A stretch of DNA of 32,000 bases from Solobacterium sp. (GCA_017430925.1 JAFRMA010000108.1:1664-33663), one strand, 5' to 3'. Numbered from the stretch's first letter, positions 17,542-26,301 are shown. Translations and numbers: made by a program. The notes: generated by a model from the letters alone, not told the origin.

Positions 17542-19689
17542 ATGAGTGACTTCAATAGGAAAAAACGTGAAGAAGAAAAAGAACGTCTGATGCAGGAGGT
17601 TCTGAAGAAGAAAAGAGATTACAATTACGGCTCTATCGATCAAAAGATCGAATTACGTAATGAAGCAGAAAAAAACAGTAAAGAGATAGAGAAAATCGAA
17701 AAAGAAGTAAAAAGCACCTCTTCTCTTCTGGAAAAAGGTATAGAAGGTACGACTGATCTGCTGAAGAAAGCAGATGAGTCTTTTCTTGCGTTAAGAAAGG
17801 TACTGAACAACCAACAGAAAGAACTGAATACATTGAGTGAAGAAAACGGTATCTCGGATAAGGAGATTGAAAAGTTACAGGAAGATATCATTCAGGAATA
17901 TGGACTGAAGGTGGAAGAAGTACAAACCGTGAAGCCTTTTGACTCCGGCGCGACATTCAACGACATCTTTGAGGAAGTAAAGACACGTGTAGTCGTTGAT
18001 GACAAGACCCTGAAACAGATGACCAATGCCTTCCGCAGACCTTATGTCATGGGGGAAGAGAAAGGCAGACCCAGAAATGTGATCCTGATCAGCGGGCCGA
18101 ACGGCAGCGGACGTCATGAGACGTTGTCAGCCGTTGTACGTTCCATGTATGAACGTCAGCTGGTACTCAGTGATGAAGTCTATACCGTGGATATGAGTCT
18201 GTATCAGAGCGGAGCCCAGGAACAGATCTTCCTGCAGGACTTATACCAGGATCTCTCCGGAAAGGGTTCTGTGATCTGTTTTGAGAACTTTGAGGTTGGT
18301 TTCCCTGCGTTCCTGCGTATGCTGGATTCACTTGTGGTAGACGGGAAAGTTACCCTCAGTAAGCGTTACGTATTGTCTAAGGGTATCCTGGTGGAGAATC
18401 AGACCGGATTGGTCAAGGATGCGGTAGATCATCTCTCTGCTGAAGGCAAGTATCTTGTGTTTGTGACAACCAAGGGGACAAAAGCCGTGCAGAATGCGTT
18501 CGGTGCGGATTTCCTGTACCATGTGCTGGACTCCATCACCTTTGAGAAGTTAAATGCGGAAAGAACCGAGAAGATACTTGAGGTTAAGGAGAAAGAACTC
18601 GCAGATAAAGCACTGGATCAGCTGAAACTGAATGTATCTTTTGACGAAGATGCCAGGAAGTGGATCGCCGGTCATTACGATAAAGAGAATGGTCTGGACG
18701 CGATCACGGAGATGTTCAAGAACTTCTACATTGTGCTGAGCCAGGAAGCTCTGGAGAATAGTTTCTCTTATGGTACGGAAGCCCAGATCACTGTGGAAAA
18801 CGGTGATCTTGTCGCAAGATTGCCGCATGGTAGTGTACGTCTGATCCGTGAAAAGAACAGCAGTGAAGAGATTGAGGCTGTAAATAAGGAACTGGATGAG
18901 ATCGTAGGTCTGGATATGGTCAAGGATTATATCCGCTCTCTGCAGAGTCATATCCAGATGCAGAATCTGCGCCGTGAACAGGGAATGAAGACCAGTGATG
19001 TGTCCAAGCATATGATCTTTACAGGAAATCCCGGTACCGGTAAAACAACGATTGCGCGTCTGATCTCCCGTTACATGAAGGCCATCGGCGCATTGTCACA
19101 AGGTCAGTTGGTAGAAGTCACAAGAGCAGATCTGGTTGCGCAGTATGTCGGCCAGACAGCTCCGCTGACCATGAGTGTGATCAAGTCCGCAATCGGCGGT
19201 GTACTGTTCATTGATGAAGCATATTCCCTGTACCGCGGTAAGGATGACTCCTTCGGTCTGGAATGTATCGATACGATCGTTAAAGCCATGGAAGATAACC
19301 GTGATGATCTGATCGTGATCCTGGCAGGTTATCAGAAAGAGATGAAGGGATTCCTGGAGAGTAACTCCGGTCTGAAATCCCGTTTCCCGAATATCATCCA
19401 CTTCCCGGATTATACCGGAGAAGAACTGCGTAAGATCGCAGAGATCCAGGCGCGCAGTAAGGGCTATGAGATTGCGGAAGAAGCCCTGCATCCTCTGGAA
19501 GACTACTTCTCCGCCGTACAGGAAATCAACGCGGCAGAGGCAGGAAACGGACGTCTGGCAAGAAATGTGGTCGAAGACGCGATCCTGGTGCAGTCACGCC
19601 GTCTGGTGGAAAATCCGGGAGACAAGATGGACGAGTTACGGCTCTCCGACTTCAATCTTACGGTTACCGCAGAACCAAACAGAAAGTAA
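17542..19689 (+). CDS. two-domain AAA+ ATPase: coiled coil + degenerate Clp-D2-like domain + intact SpoVK/CbbX-type AAA domain
   Basis: Domain 2 has LDEIVGLDMVKDYI, Walker A GNPGTGKTT (K501), Walker B VLFIDEAY, and ILAGYQKEM...SRFP. Domain 1 has GPNGSGRHET (residues 185-194), SVICFENFE, and LRMLDSLVVDGKVTL, which resemble ClpB D2 but lack the Walker Lys and the catalytic Glu. Confidence 0.85.
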   Translation: MSDFNRKKREEEKERLMQEVLKKKRDYNYGSIDQKIELRNEAEKNSKEIEKIEKEVKSTSSLLEKGIEGTTDLLKKADESFLALRKVLNNQQKELNTLSEENGISDKEIEKLQEDIIQEYGLKVEEVQTVKPFDSGATFNDIFEEVKTRVVVDDKTLKQMTNAFRRPYVMGEEKGRPRNVILISGPNGSGRHETLSAVVRSMYERQLVLSDEVYTVDMSLYQSGAQEQIFLQDLYQDLSGKGSVICFENFEVGFPAFLRMLDSLVVDGKVTLSKRYVLSKGILVENQTGLVKDAVDHLSAEGKYLVFVTTKGTKAVQNAFGADFLYHVLDSITFEKLNAERTEKILEVKEKELADKALDQLKLNVSFDEDARKWIAGHYDKENGLDAITEMFKNFYIVLSQEALENSFSYGTEAQITVENGDLVARLPHGSVRLIREKNSSEEIEAVNKELDEIVGLDMVKDYIRSLQSHIQMQNLRREQGMKTSDVSKHMIFTGNPGTGKTTIARLISRYMKAIGALSQGQLVEVTRADLVAQYVGQTAPLTMSVIKSAIGGVLFIDEAYSLYRGKDDSFGLECIDTIVKAMEDNRDDLIVILAGYQKEMKGFLESNSGLKSRFPNIIHFPDYTGEELRKIAEIQARSKGYEIAEEALHPLEDYFSAVQEINAAEAGNGRLARNVVEDAILVQSRRLVENPGDKMDELRLSDFNLTVTAEPNRK

Positions 19690-19698
19690 ACCACAACA

Positions 19699-19730
19699 AA
19701 GCGTATTTCCGGATACGCTTTTTCTTTTGT
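19699..19730 (+). terminator. intrinsic terminator after the AAA+ gene
   Basis: AAGCGTAT (19699-19706) pairs with ATACGCTT (19713-19720), followed by TTTCTTTT. Confidence 0.8.
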
Positions 19731-19746
19731 TTAAGATATGTATGAA

Positions 19747-19774
19747 TTGCGAAAAATAAAGAGTAAAATAGAAT
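19747..19774 (+). promoter_or_regulatory. candidate sigma-A promoter of the C11 peptidase gene
   Basis: TTGCGA (19747-19752), a 16-nt spacer, then TAGAAT (19769-19774). Confidence 0.4.
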
Positions 19775-19819
19775 TGCCATCATATTTTTATATCAAAGCA
19801 GTACCAGGGAGGTAAAGAA

Positions 19820-22435
19820 ATGTCAAATAACAGACCACACGGCAGAAAGCGCGGAGAGACGACCGCTTCCGGCGATGTTCATAAGCGTGATCAGGCTGAA
19901 GATGTTAAGGGTTCAGTAAAAGATAAGCCAGAGCCACGCCCGCAAAGCAGACCTCAGAATACCCAGAGAAATACGGGCTACGGACGCCAGAATATTGGTA
20001 TTACTCCGGTAGTGCGGGGAGTGACGAGAAGAGGAGGCGGGAGTTTCCTGACCAGGATCATCCTGTTCCTGCTGATTGCCTTTTTACTGTACAGTTGTCT
20101 GATGAGCGGGATGGGCAGCCAGACGGCAGCGAATACACCGGCACCTGCTGCAACAGCGAAACCTACTCCTACACCTGCGCAGACAGCACAGCCAACCCCT
20201 ACGCCAAAACCAAGCGTTAAACCGTCCGGCTCGTTTGCGACAGCGTTCCAGCAGCCGACAACATCCTACAATCACAACACAAGCACAAGTACTGTAGACA
20301 CCGCAGTCGCAACCGGAGCCCGTGAAAAATACACCAAGATCAAGGGTAATGGCCAGGATCAGGTTACGGTAATGATCTACATGATTGCGACCGATCTGGA
20401 ATCCAACTATGCGATGGGATCCAACGATCTGAATGAAATGTTATATGCGGATACAAGTGATAAGGTGAATATCGTTGTGGAATGCGGGGGTACGAGAAGA
20501 TGGCAGAACAACGTCTTGTCCAACCGTACCAACCAGCGTATCCAGGTTAAGGGCAACTCCTTGTACTGGCTGGACCGCAATGTCGGCATGAAACAGATGA
20601 CCGATCCGAATACATTGGTCGATTTCATCAATTTCAGCACAAAGAATTTCCCGGCTGACCGGTATATGTTGATTCTGTGGGATCATGGTTCCGGCTCTGT
20701 CATGGGATACGGACATGACGAGAACTACCCGAATTCCACCATGACTTTGGATGAACTGTATAAAGCTCTCGGATCCGTCGGCGTGAAATTTGACTTTGTC
20801 GGTTTTGACGCATGTCTGATGGGTAATACGGAAACGGCAGTAGCCGTATCTCCGTATGCGGACTATCTGATCGCTTCGGAAGAGACTGAACCAGGTACAG
20901 GATGGTATTACACGAACTGGTTATCTTCTCTGGCGAAGAACTCTTCTATTCCGACCACAGAAGTAGGCAAGCAGATCATTGATGACTTCATCAAGGACTC
21001 TGCGTCTAAATCACCTCGTGACAAGACTTCCCTGTCCCTGGTGGATCTTGCGGAATTTAGCGCGACCGTACCGGCGAAATTAAAGCCGTTTGCCCAGCAA
21101 ATCACACAGAACATCCAGTCAGATAATTTCCGTGCTGTAGCGAATGCCAGAAGCGTCACAAAGGAATTTGCGCAGTCCAACCGTCTTGACCAGGTAGACC
21201 TTGTGCATTTCTGCCAGAATATCAACACCAACGCGTCCAAAGAACTTGCGGATGCGGTAAAGAGCTGCGTGAAGTATAACCGCACAAACAACATGAACAA
21301 CGCGTATGGCCTGAGTATCTACTTCCCGTACTATTCGGCAAAGTACGTGAATGCGGCTACACAGATCAATAAGACCATCGGTATGGATGACGATTATTCC
21401 AGCGCGATCCGTTCCTTTGCGACAATGAGTTCCAGCGGACAGGCAGTGAATAACTATTCTTCCAGCTCCCTGTTTGACTTGTTAGGCGGAGGACAGGCAT
21501 CCTCACAAAGCAATAATGTCAATACGCTCACTGCTGAAGATATCATGAGCTTACTGCTTGGCGGCGGTACAACGACATCCCAGCAGCAGCCGCAGACAAA
21601 TTACTATAACAACAACAGTTACTACGGATACGGAAACAGTTACGGCGGTTATCCGTCCACTTCCGGTGATAACTCATTGAGCAACCTGCTCGGAGGTTCC
21701 GGAGGAATTGACCAGCAGACACTGGAACTGTTCTCCTCTCTGTTCTTCCGTTCTCATGTCGATACAGATCAGCTGGTATACTCTGAGAAAAACGGACAGA
21801 CTGTCCTGGCTCTGGATGAAGACCAGTGGAAGAATATCCAGTACATCAAGCAGAATGTCTGGGTTAAAGACGATACAGGATATATCGATCTCGGCCAGGA
21901 TAATATCTTTGAATTTGATGATGAGGGAAACCTGATCATTGACTATGACGGACGCTGGGTATGTCTGGACAACCAGCCTGTCGCGTACTACATGCTCAGT
22001 GATGAATACGAGAGTGATGATGAATATGTGACAACGGGATTTGTTCCGGCGATGGTTACCCACGATGTTCTGTATTACGATGAAAATGATGCGGAACAGC
22101 ACGAAACTGTCACCGATCAGATGAATATCATTATCGAGTATTCTGACGAGAATCCGGATGGTATTGTCCTCGGCGGTCAGTTTGTGTATGACGAAGAAAC
22201 TGAAGCCAAAGGCCTGTACCAGTTCCAGGCAGGGGATGAGATCAACTTCCTCTGTGACTACTTAGATACAAACGGTAACTTTGAACATGCGTACTACCTG
22301 AGCGAACCGATCACTGTCGGTGATACTCTGAAAGTAGGCGTATACCAGATCAAAGGAATGGAACTGCTGTACAGTTACTGTCTGACGGATATCTACAACG
22401 CGGTTCACTGGACACCGGTCGTAACATACAAGTAA
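19820..22435 (+). CDS. membrane-anchored clostripain-family (C11) cysteine peptidase
   Basis: A basic cytoplasmic N-terminus is followed by a TM segment (ILFLLIAFLLYSCLM) and a Pro/Thr/Ala linker. The C11 core has MIYMIATDLESN, LILWDHGSG (His289), and FVGFDACLMGN (Cys332). An N/Y/G/S-rich low-complexity segment and a ~230-aa acidic C-terminal domain follow. The SD is AGGGAGG. Confidence 0.85.
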   Translation: MSNNRPHGRKRGETTASGDVHKRDQAEDVKGSVKDKPEPRPQSRPQNTQRNTGYGRQNIGITPVVRGVTRRGGGSFLTRIILFLLIAFLLYSCLMSGMGSQTAANTPAPAATAKPTPTPAQTAQPTPTPKPSVKPSGSFATAFQQPTTSYNHNTSTSTVDTAVATGAREKYTKIKGNGQDQVTVMIYMIATDLESNYAMGSNDLNEMLYADTSDKVNIVVECGGTRRWQNNVLSNRTNQRIQVKGNSLYWLDRNVGMKQMTDPNTLVDFINFSTKNFPADRYMLILWDHGSGSVMGYGHDENYPNSTMTLDELYKALGSVGVKFDFVGFDACLMGNTETAVAVSPYADYLIASEETEPGTGWYYTNWLSSLAKNSSIPTTEVGKQIIDDFIKDSASKSPRDKTSLSLVDLAEFSATVPAKLKPFAQQITQNIQSDNFRAVANARSVTKEFAQSNRLDQVDLVHFCQNINTNASKELADAVKSCVKYNRTNNMNNAYGLSIYFPYYSAKYVNAATQINKTIGMDDDYSSAIRSFATMSSSGQAVNNYSSSSLFDLLGGGQASSQSNNVNTLTAEDIMSLLLGGGTTTSQQQPQTNYYNNNSYYGYGNSYGGYPSTSGDNSLSNLLGGSGGIDQQTLELFSSLFFRSHVDTDQLVYSEKNGQTVLALDEDQWKNIQYIKQNVWVKDDTGYIDLGQDNIFEFDDEGNLIIDYDGRWVCLDNQPVAYYMLSDEYESDDEYVTTGFVPAMVTHDVLYYDENDAEQHETVTDQMNIIIEYSDENPDGIVLGGQFVYDEETEAKGLYQFQAGDEINFLCDYLDTNGNFEHAYYLSEPITVGDTLKVGVYQIKGMELLYSYCLTDIYNAVHWTPVVTYK

Positions 22436-22453
22436 CCGGACAAAAGAATAAAG

Positions 22454-22491
22454 AAAAAGGCTGCTGCGGATAACTCGTAACAGCCTTTTTT
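22454..22491. terminator. bidirectional terminator between the convergent C11 and csp genes
   Basis: AAAAAGGCTG ... CAGCCTTTTTT. The AGGCTG/CAGCCT stem (22458-22463 with 22481-22486) is flanked by an A-run and a T-run. Confidence 0.6.
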
Positions 22492-22532
22492 GGTGCGGGT
22501 ATAAAACTTTGAGACTTTTGAATTGTGTTAAT

Positions 22533-22733
22533 TTATTGTTTAACGACGTCAGAAGCCTGCGGTCCGCGCTCTGTCTGCTGAATCTCGAATGTAACAGCCT
22601 GACCATCCTCGAGGGTCTTATAGCCGTCACCCTGGATCGCAGAATAGTGAACGAAGATATCTGTGCCGTCTTCAGCGGTGATAAATCCGTAACCCTTTTC
22701 AGCGTTGAACCATTTTACTTTGCCTGTAGCCAT
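22533..22733 (-). CDS. cold-shock protein (CspA family)
   Basis: [18 protein letters not shown] (RNP1) and DIFVHYSAI (RNP2), 66 aa. Confidence 0.95.
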   Translation of the reverse strand: MATGKVKWFNAEKGYGFITAEDGTDIFVHYSAIQGDGYKTLEDGQAVTFEIQQTERGPQASDVVKQ

Positions 22734-22959
22734 TTTGCTTTTAAAATCTCCTCTTCTATCCTTTTATGATATGTGTGAATAACACACATAAAATGTACCA
22801 TTATACACAAGAAGATACAAGTAAATTTATCTCTTTGATAAAACATTATCATAACTTGTGCTTTCGTAATATTCCATTAATAATTTCGAAAACGGAATTC
22901 GGAAAAGACCCGGAAAAAGTGGGATAATAATATATATCAGTAGAAAGAAGGGAATCACT

Positions 22960-23262
22960 ATGTTAAAACACATGATTGCGTGGAAATTGCGTTCGGATCT
23001 TTCCGATACAGAGAAGAAAGAAGCTGCACAGAGAATCAAGGAGGGTCTTGAAGGATTGCGCGGAAAGATTCCCGGGATGCTTGAGATTCATGTACATATT
23101 CAACCTTTGAGTACATCCAATACAGATCTGTTACTGGACTCGGTATTTGAGGATGAAGCAGCCCTGAAGGTATATGCGGAACATCCCCTGCATGTATACG
23201 TGAAAGAGAATATTACACAGCCTGCGGTGGAATCCAGAGCTTGTTTCGACTATACGGAATAA
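22960..23262 (+). CDS. Dabb (stress-responsive alpha/beta-barrel) family protein
   Basis: 100 aa with MLKHMIAWKL..., LEIHVH..., FEDEAALKVYAEHPLH. Confidence 0.7.
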   Translation: MLKHMIAWKLRSDLSDTEKKEAAQRIKEGLEGLRGKIPGMLEIHVHIQPLSTSNTDLLLDSVFEDEAALKVYAEHPLHVYVKENITQPAVESRACFDYTE

Positions 23263-23299
23263 TTCACTGTACCAGGCTTGGAATTTGAGATATAATCAC

Positions 23300-23522
23300 T
23301 GTGCAGAGGCTGAGAAGAGAAGAGTAATCATCGGAAGATGCACAGAGAGCAGGTGGCTGGTGGAAACCTGCGGTACGAAGGTGATGAACATGGTCTTGGA
23401 GCCGGTGAAGTGAATATTTAGCTTTACCCGGAGAAGTCCGTTATAACTTTTGAGTGGCTTGTGTATACAGGCAAGATAAAGGTGGTACCGCGTGCAAGAC
23501 GTCCTTTCGCAGGACGTTTTTA
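23300..23522 (+). promoter_or_regulatory. T-box leader (Met specifier) with terminator/antiterminator, controlling metG
   Basis: The AG bulge AGAGAG lies at 23344-23349 and a distal-loop-like TGGTGGAAAC at 23358-23367. The specifier context is GAAC-ATG-G, with ATG at 23390-23392. The T-box sequence AAGGTGGTACCGCG lies at 23479-23492. The terminator stem ACGTCCT (23499-23505) pairs with AGGACGT (23511-23517), followed by a T-run. Confidence 0.85.
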
Positions 23523-23545
23523 TATATATCTGGAGGGAGACAGAC

Positions 23546-25486
23546 ATGGAAAACAAAGGGCCTTTTTACCTGACTACTGCAATTACTTATACTTCGGGAA
23601 AACCTCATATCGGTAATGTATATGAGATCGTTTTATCTGACGCTATTGTCCGTTACAAGCGTATGCTTGGTTATGATGTACGGTTTATGACCGGTACGGA
23701 TGAACATGGTCAGAAGGTTGAAGAAAGAGCTCTGGCAGACGGTGTTACACCGAAAGAGTTCGTGGATAAGGTAGCCGGTATAGTCAAGGATCAGTTTGAC
23801 TGTATGAATGTTTCTTATGATAAGTTTATCCGTACGACAGATGCCTATCATGAGCGTCAGGTACAGAAGATCTTTAAGAAACTGTATGAACAGGGAGATA
23901 TCTATAAAGGCAAATACGAGGGAATGTATTGCCAGGAGTGCGAGGCATTCTACACAAAGAGCCAGCTGACAGAAGACGGTAAGTGCCCGGTATGCGGCGG
24001 TGATGTCAAGCCGATGGAAGAAGAAGCGTATTTCTTCCGTATGAGCAAGTATGCGCCTCAGCTGATTGAATACATTGAGAGTCACCCGGAATTCATCGTG
24101 CCGGAAAGCCGTAAGAACGAGATGCTCAACAACTTCCTGAAGCCTGGTCTGCAGGATCTGTGCGTATCCCGTACATCGTTTAAATGGGGTGTACCGGTAG
24201 ACTTTGACCCGGATCATGTTGTATATGTCTGGATCGACGCGTTAAGCAACTATATCACCGGTCTGGGATACGATGTGGACGGCAACAGTGATCCTCTCTA
24301 TAAGAAATACTGGCCGGCTGATATTCATGTCATAGGAAAGGATATCGTACGTTTCCACACCATCTACTGGCCGATCATGTTGATGGCACTGGGTGAACCG
24401 CTTCCGAAGACAGTCTTTGGTCATCCCTGGCTGTTAACCGGAGATTCCAAGATGTCCAAGTCCAAGGGTAATGTCATCTATGCGGATGACCTGGTATCCC
24501 TGTACGGACAGGATGCAGTAAGATACATCATGTTACATGAGATGCCGTATGCGCAGGATGGACATGTGACCTACGATACCATGACCGAGAGAATCAACAG
24601 TGACCTGGCGAATAATCTGGGTAATCTGGTGAATCGTACATTGTCCATGCAGAATAAGTACTTCAACGGTGAAGTGGCGAATCCGGGTATTGATGAACCT
24701 GTAGATGAAAAGCTGAAGACACTGGCGATGGAGACGATTGCCAAGGTCGACACAAAGATGAATGATCTTCATATCGCAGATGCCCTGGAAGAGATCTTTG
24801 TTCTGTTGAACAGATGTAATAAATACATCGATGAGACAACACCGTGGGCTCTGGCTAAGGATCCGGATCAGATCTCCCGTCTGGCTACGGTACTGTATAA
24901 CCTGTTGGAAGCTATCCGTATTGCGGCAGTATTACTCACACCGTTTATGCCTGTAACTTCCGAGAAGATCCTGAATCAGTTAGGTACGGAAAAGAGAGAT
25001 TACGATTCTCTGGCAGAATTCGGGCAGTATGAGACCGGCATCTCCGTAACCAAGACACCGGAGATTCTCTTCAAGCGTCTGGACGAGAAGGAAGTAAGCG
25101 AGAAGATCGCGGTGATCCAGGAGAAGATCGCGGCGCAGCGCAAAGTACAGGAAGAACGTCAGGCACAGATCAGTGTGGAAGATTTTGCCAAAATCACACT
25201 GAAGGTAGGTAAGGTCGTTGCCTGTGAGAAACACCCGAATGCGGATAGTCTTCTGGTGATGAAGGTGGATGTAGGAGAACCTAAGCCTCGTCAGATCGTA
25301 TCCGGCATTGCCGGAAGCTATACACCTGGACAGATGATCGGTAAACATATCGTTGTTATCACCAATCTGAAACCGGCAGTGATCCGCGGACTGGAGAGTC
25401 AGGGTATGTTACTGGCAGGTAAGGAAGACAACCTTCTGGCTGTAGCTGAAGTCAACGGATTGAAACCAGGCACAAGAATTAACTAA
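23546..25486 (+). CDS. metG: methionine--tRNA ligase with a C-terminal tRNA-binding (Trbp111/EMAP-like) domain
   Basis: The HIGH motif (KPHIGN), KMSKS (KMSKSKGN), a Zn knuckle (CQECEAF...CPVCGG), and a C-terminal ITLKVGKVVACEKHPNADSLLVMKVDVG are present. ATG 23546 follows GGAGGGA. The listed 23492 start lies inside the T-box terminator. Confidence 0.95.
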   Translation: MENKGPFYLTTAITYTSGKPHIGNVYEIVLSDAIVRYKRMLGYDVRFMTGTDEHGQKVEERALADGVTPKEFVDKVAGIVKDQFDCMNVSYDKFIRTTDAYHERQVQKIFKKLYEQGDIYKGKYEGMYCQECEAFYTKSQLTEDGKCPVCGGDVKPMEEEAYFFRMSKYAPQLIEYIESHPEFIVPESRKNEMLNNFLKPGLQDLCVSRTSFKWGVPVDFDPDHVVYVWIDALSNYITGLGYDVDGNSDPLYKKYWPADIHVIGKDIVRFHTIYWPIMLMALGEPLPKTVFGHPWLLTGDSKMSKSKGNVIYADDLVSLYGQDAVRYIMLHEMPYAQDGHVTYDTMTERINSDLANNLGNLVNRTLSMQNKYFNGEVANPGIDEPVDEKLKTLAMETIAKVDTKMNDLHIADALEEIFVLLNRCNKYIDETTPWALAKDPDQISRLATVLYNLLEAIRIAAVLLTPFMPVTSEKILNQLGTEKRDYDSLAEFGQYETGISVTKTPEILFKRLDEKEVSEKIAVIQEKIAAQRKVQEERQAQISVEDFAKITLKVGKVVACEKHPNADSLLVMKVDVGEPKPRQIVSGIAGSYTPGQMIGKHIVVITNLKPAVIRGLESQGMLLAGKEDNLLAVAEVNGLKPGTRIN

Positions 25487-25487
25487 C

Positions 25488-25510
25488 AGAGCGTGGTAAC
25501 ACGCTCTTTC
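25488..25510 (+). terminator. hairpin after metG (weak terminator or attenuator)
   Basis: AGAGCGTG (25488-25495) pairs with CACGCTCT (25500-25507) across a GTAA loop. Only TTT follows. Confidence 0.4.
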
Positions 25511-25527
25511 ACACAGTGAGGGATAAC

Positions 25528-26301
25528 ATGCAGAGATACATGATCATGAGCCGGCCGGATGAATATTCACGCCGTCTGGAAGAAAAAACACATCAAATTC
25601 TGAAAGAGAATCATTACATCCTGGATAAAGATGAACCGGAAGTGGTTTTTGTCATTGGCGGTGATGGTACATTCCTCTATGCCGTACATCAGTATGTTCA
25701 TAAACTTCAGAACCTGAAGTTCTATGGGATTCATACCGGCACGCTGGGATTCTATACCGATTACCAGGAAGCAGACTACGATGAGTTTATGGATACTTTC
25801 CTGCGCGGCGCATACAGTGAGATCTGCTATCCGCTGTTGTGTGTGCATGTAGGAGATAAGACTTACCACGCCTTGAATGAAGCGAGAATCGAGAATGTCA
25901 CACGTACACAGACAGTACAGGTATGGCTGGATGATGTATTCCTTGAAACTTTCCGCGGAACCGGTTTGTGTGTATCCACGCAGCTGGGGAGCACAGCGTA
26001 TAACCGTTCCCTGGGCGGTGCGGTGATCCAGGAGGGTACGAATATCATACAATTGACAGAGATTGCGGGAATTCATCACAGCCAATACCGTTCTTTAGGA
26101 TCTCCTCTGGTCATGAATGAGAATATCACTGTACATCTGCAGTCAACGGATTTCCGCGGCGCAAAGCTTGGCGTAGATTCTGATATCTATCCGATCGATG
26201 ATCTCCATGAGATAATCATCCGGAAGGATCCTGAGCATCAGGTAAAGATGCTGAAAGGGAGAAAGGTATCGTATTTCACACGTTTGAAGACTTTGTTCTG
26301 A
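25528..26301 (+). CDS. nadK: NAD kinase
   Basis: VFVIGGDGTFLYAVH, NEARIEN and STQLGSTAYNRSLGG are present. ATG 25528 follows GAGGGA. The listed start at 25516 is GTG. Confidence 0.9.
   Translation: MQRYMIMSRPDEYSRRLEEKTHQILKENHYILDKDEPEVVFVIGGDGTFLYAVHQYVHKLQNLKFYGIHTGTLGFYTDYQEADYDEFMDTFLRGAYSEICYPLLCVHVGDKTYHALNEARIENVTRTQTVQVWLDDVFLETFRGTGLCVSTQLGSTAYNRSLGGAVIQEGTNIIQLTEIAGIHHSQYRSLGSPLVMNENITVHLQSTDFRGAKLGVDSDIYPIDDLHEIIIRKDPEHQVKMLKGRKVSYFTRLKTLF

Noticed and set aside
18550-19491. Minus-strand ORFs of 153 aa and 131 aa inside the AAA+ gene.
   Set aside because: They lie antisense to the region encoding the intact Walker A/B motifs. They have no motifs and a biased composition.
20100-20260. 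Repetitive-looking DNA (ACACC/GCAC.. units) at the start of the C11 gene, considered as a tandem repeat or array.
   Set aside because: It simply encodes the Pro/Thr/Ala-rich linker in frame. There are no regular repeat-spacer units.
22770-22790. The 8-bp inverted repeat TATGTGTG-AATAA-CACACATA upstream of csp, considered as a regulatory novelty.
   Set aside because: It lies in the expected long 5'-UTR of a cold-shock gene, where such structures are routine. Nothing distinguishes it further.
23633-24217. A 194-aa minus-strand ORF inside metG, and similar ones at 25567..26085 (in nadK), 27298..27810 (in the EIICB-like gene) and 28136..28669 (in the secreted-protein gene).
   Set aside because: All are antisense shadows of genes with strong signatures or signal peptides.
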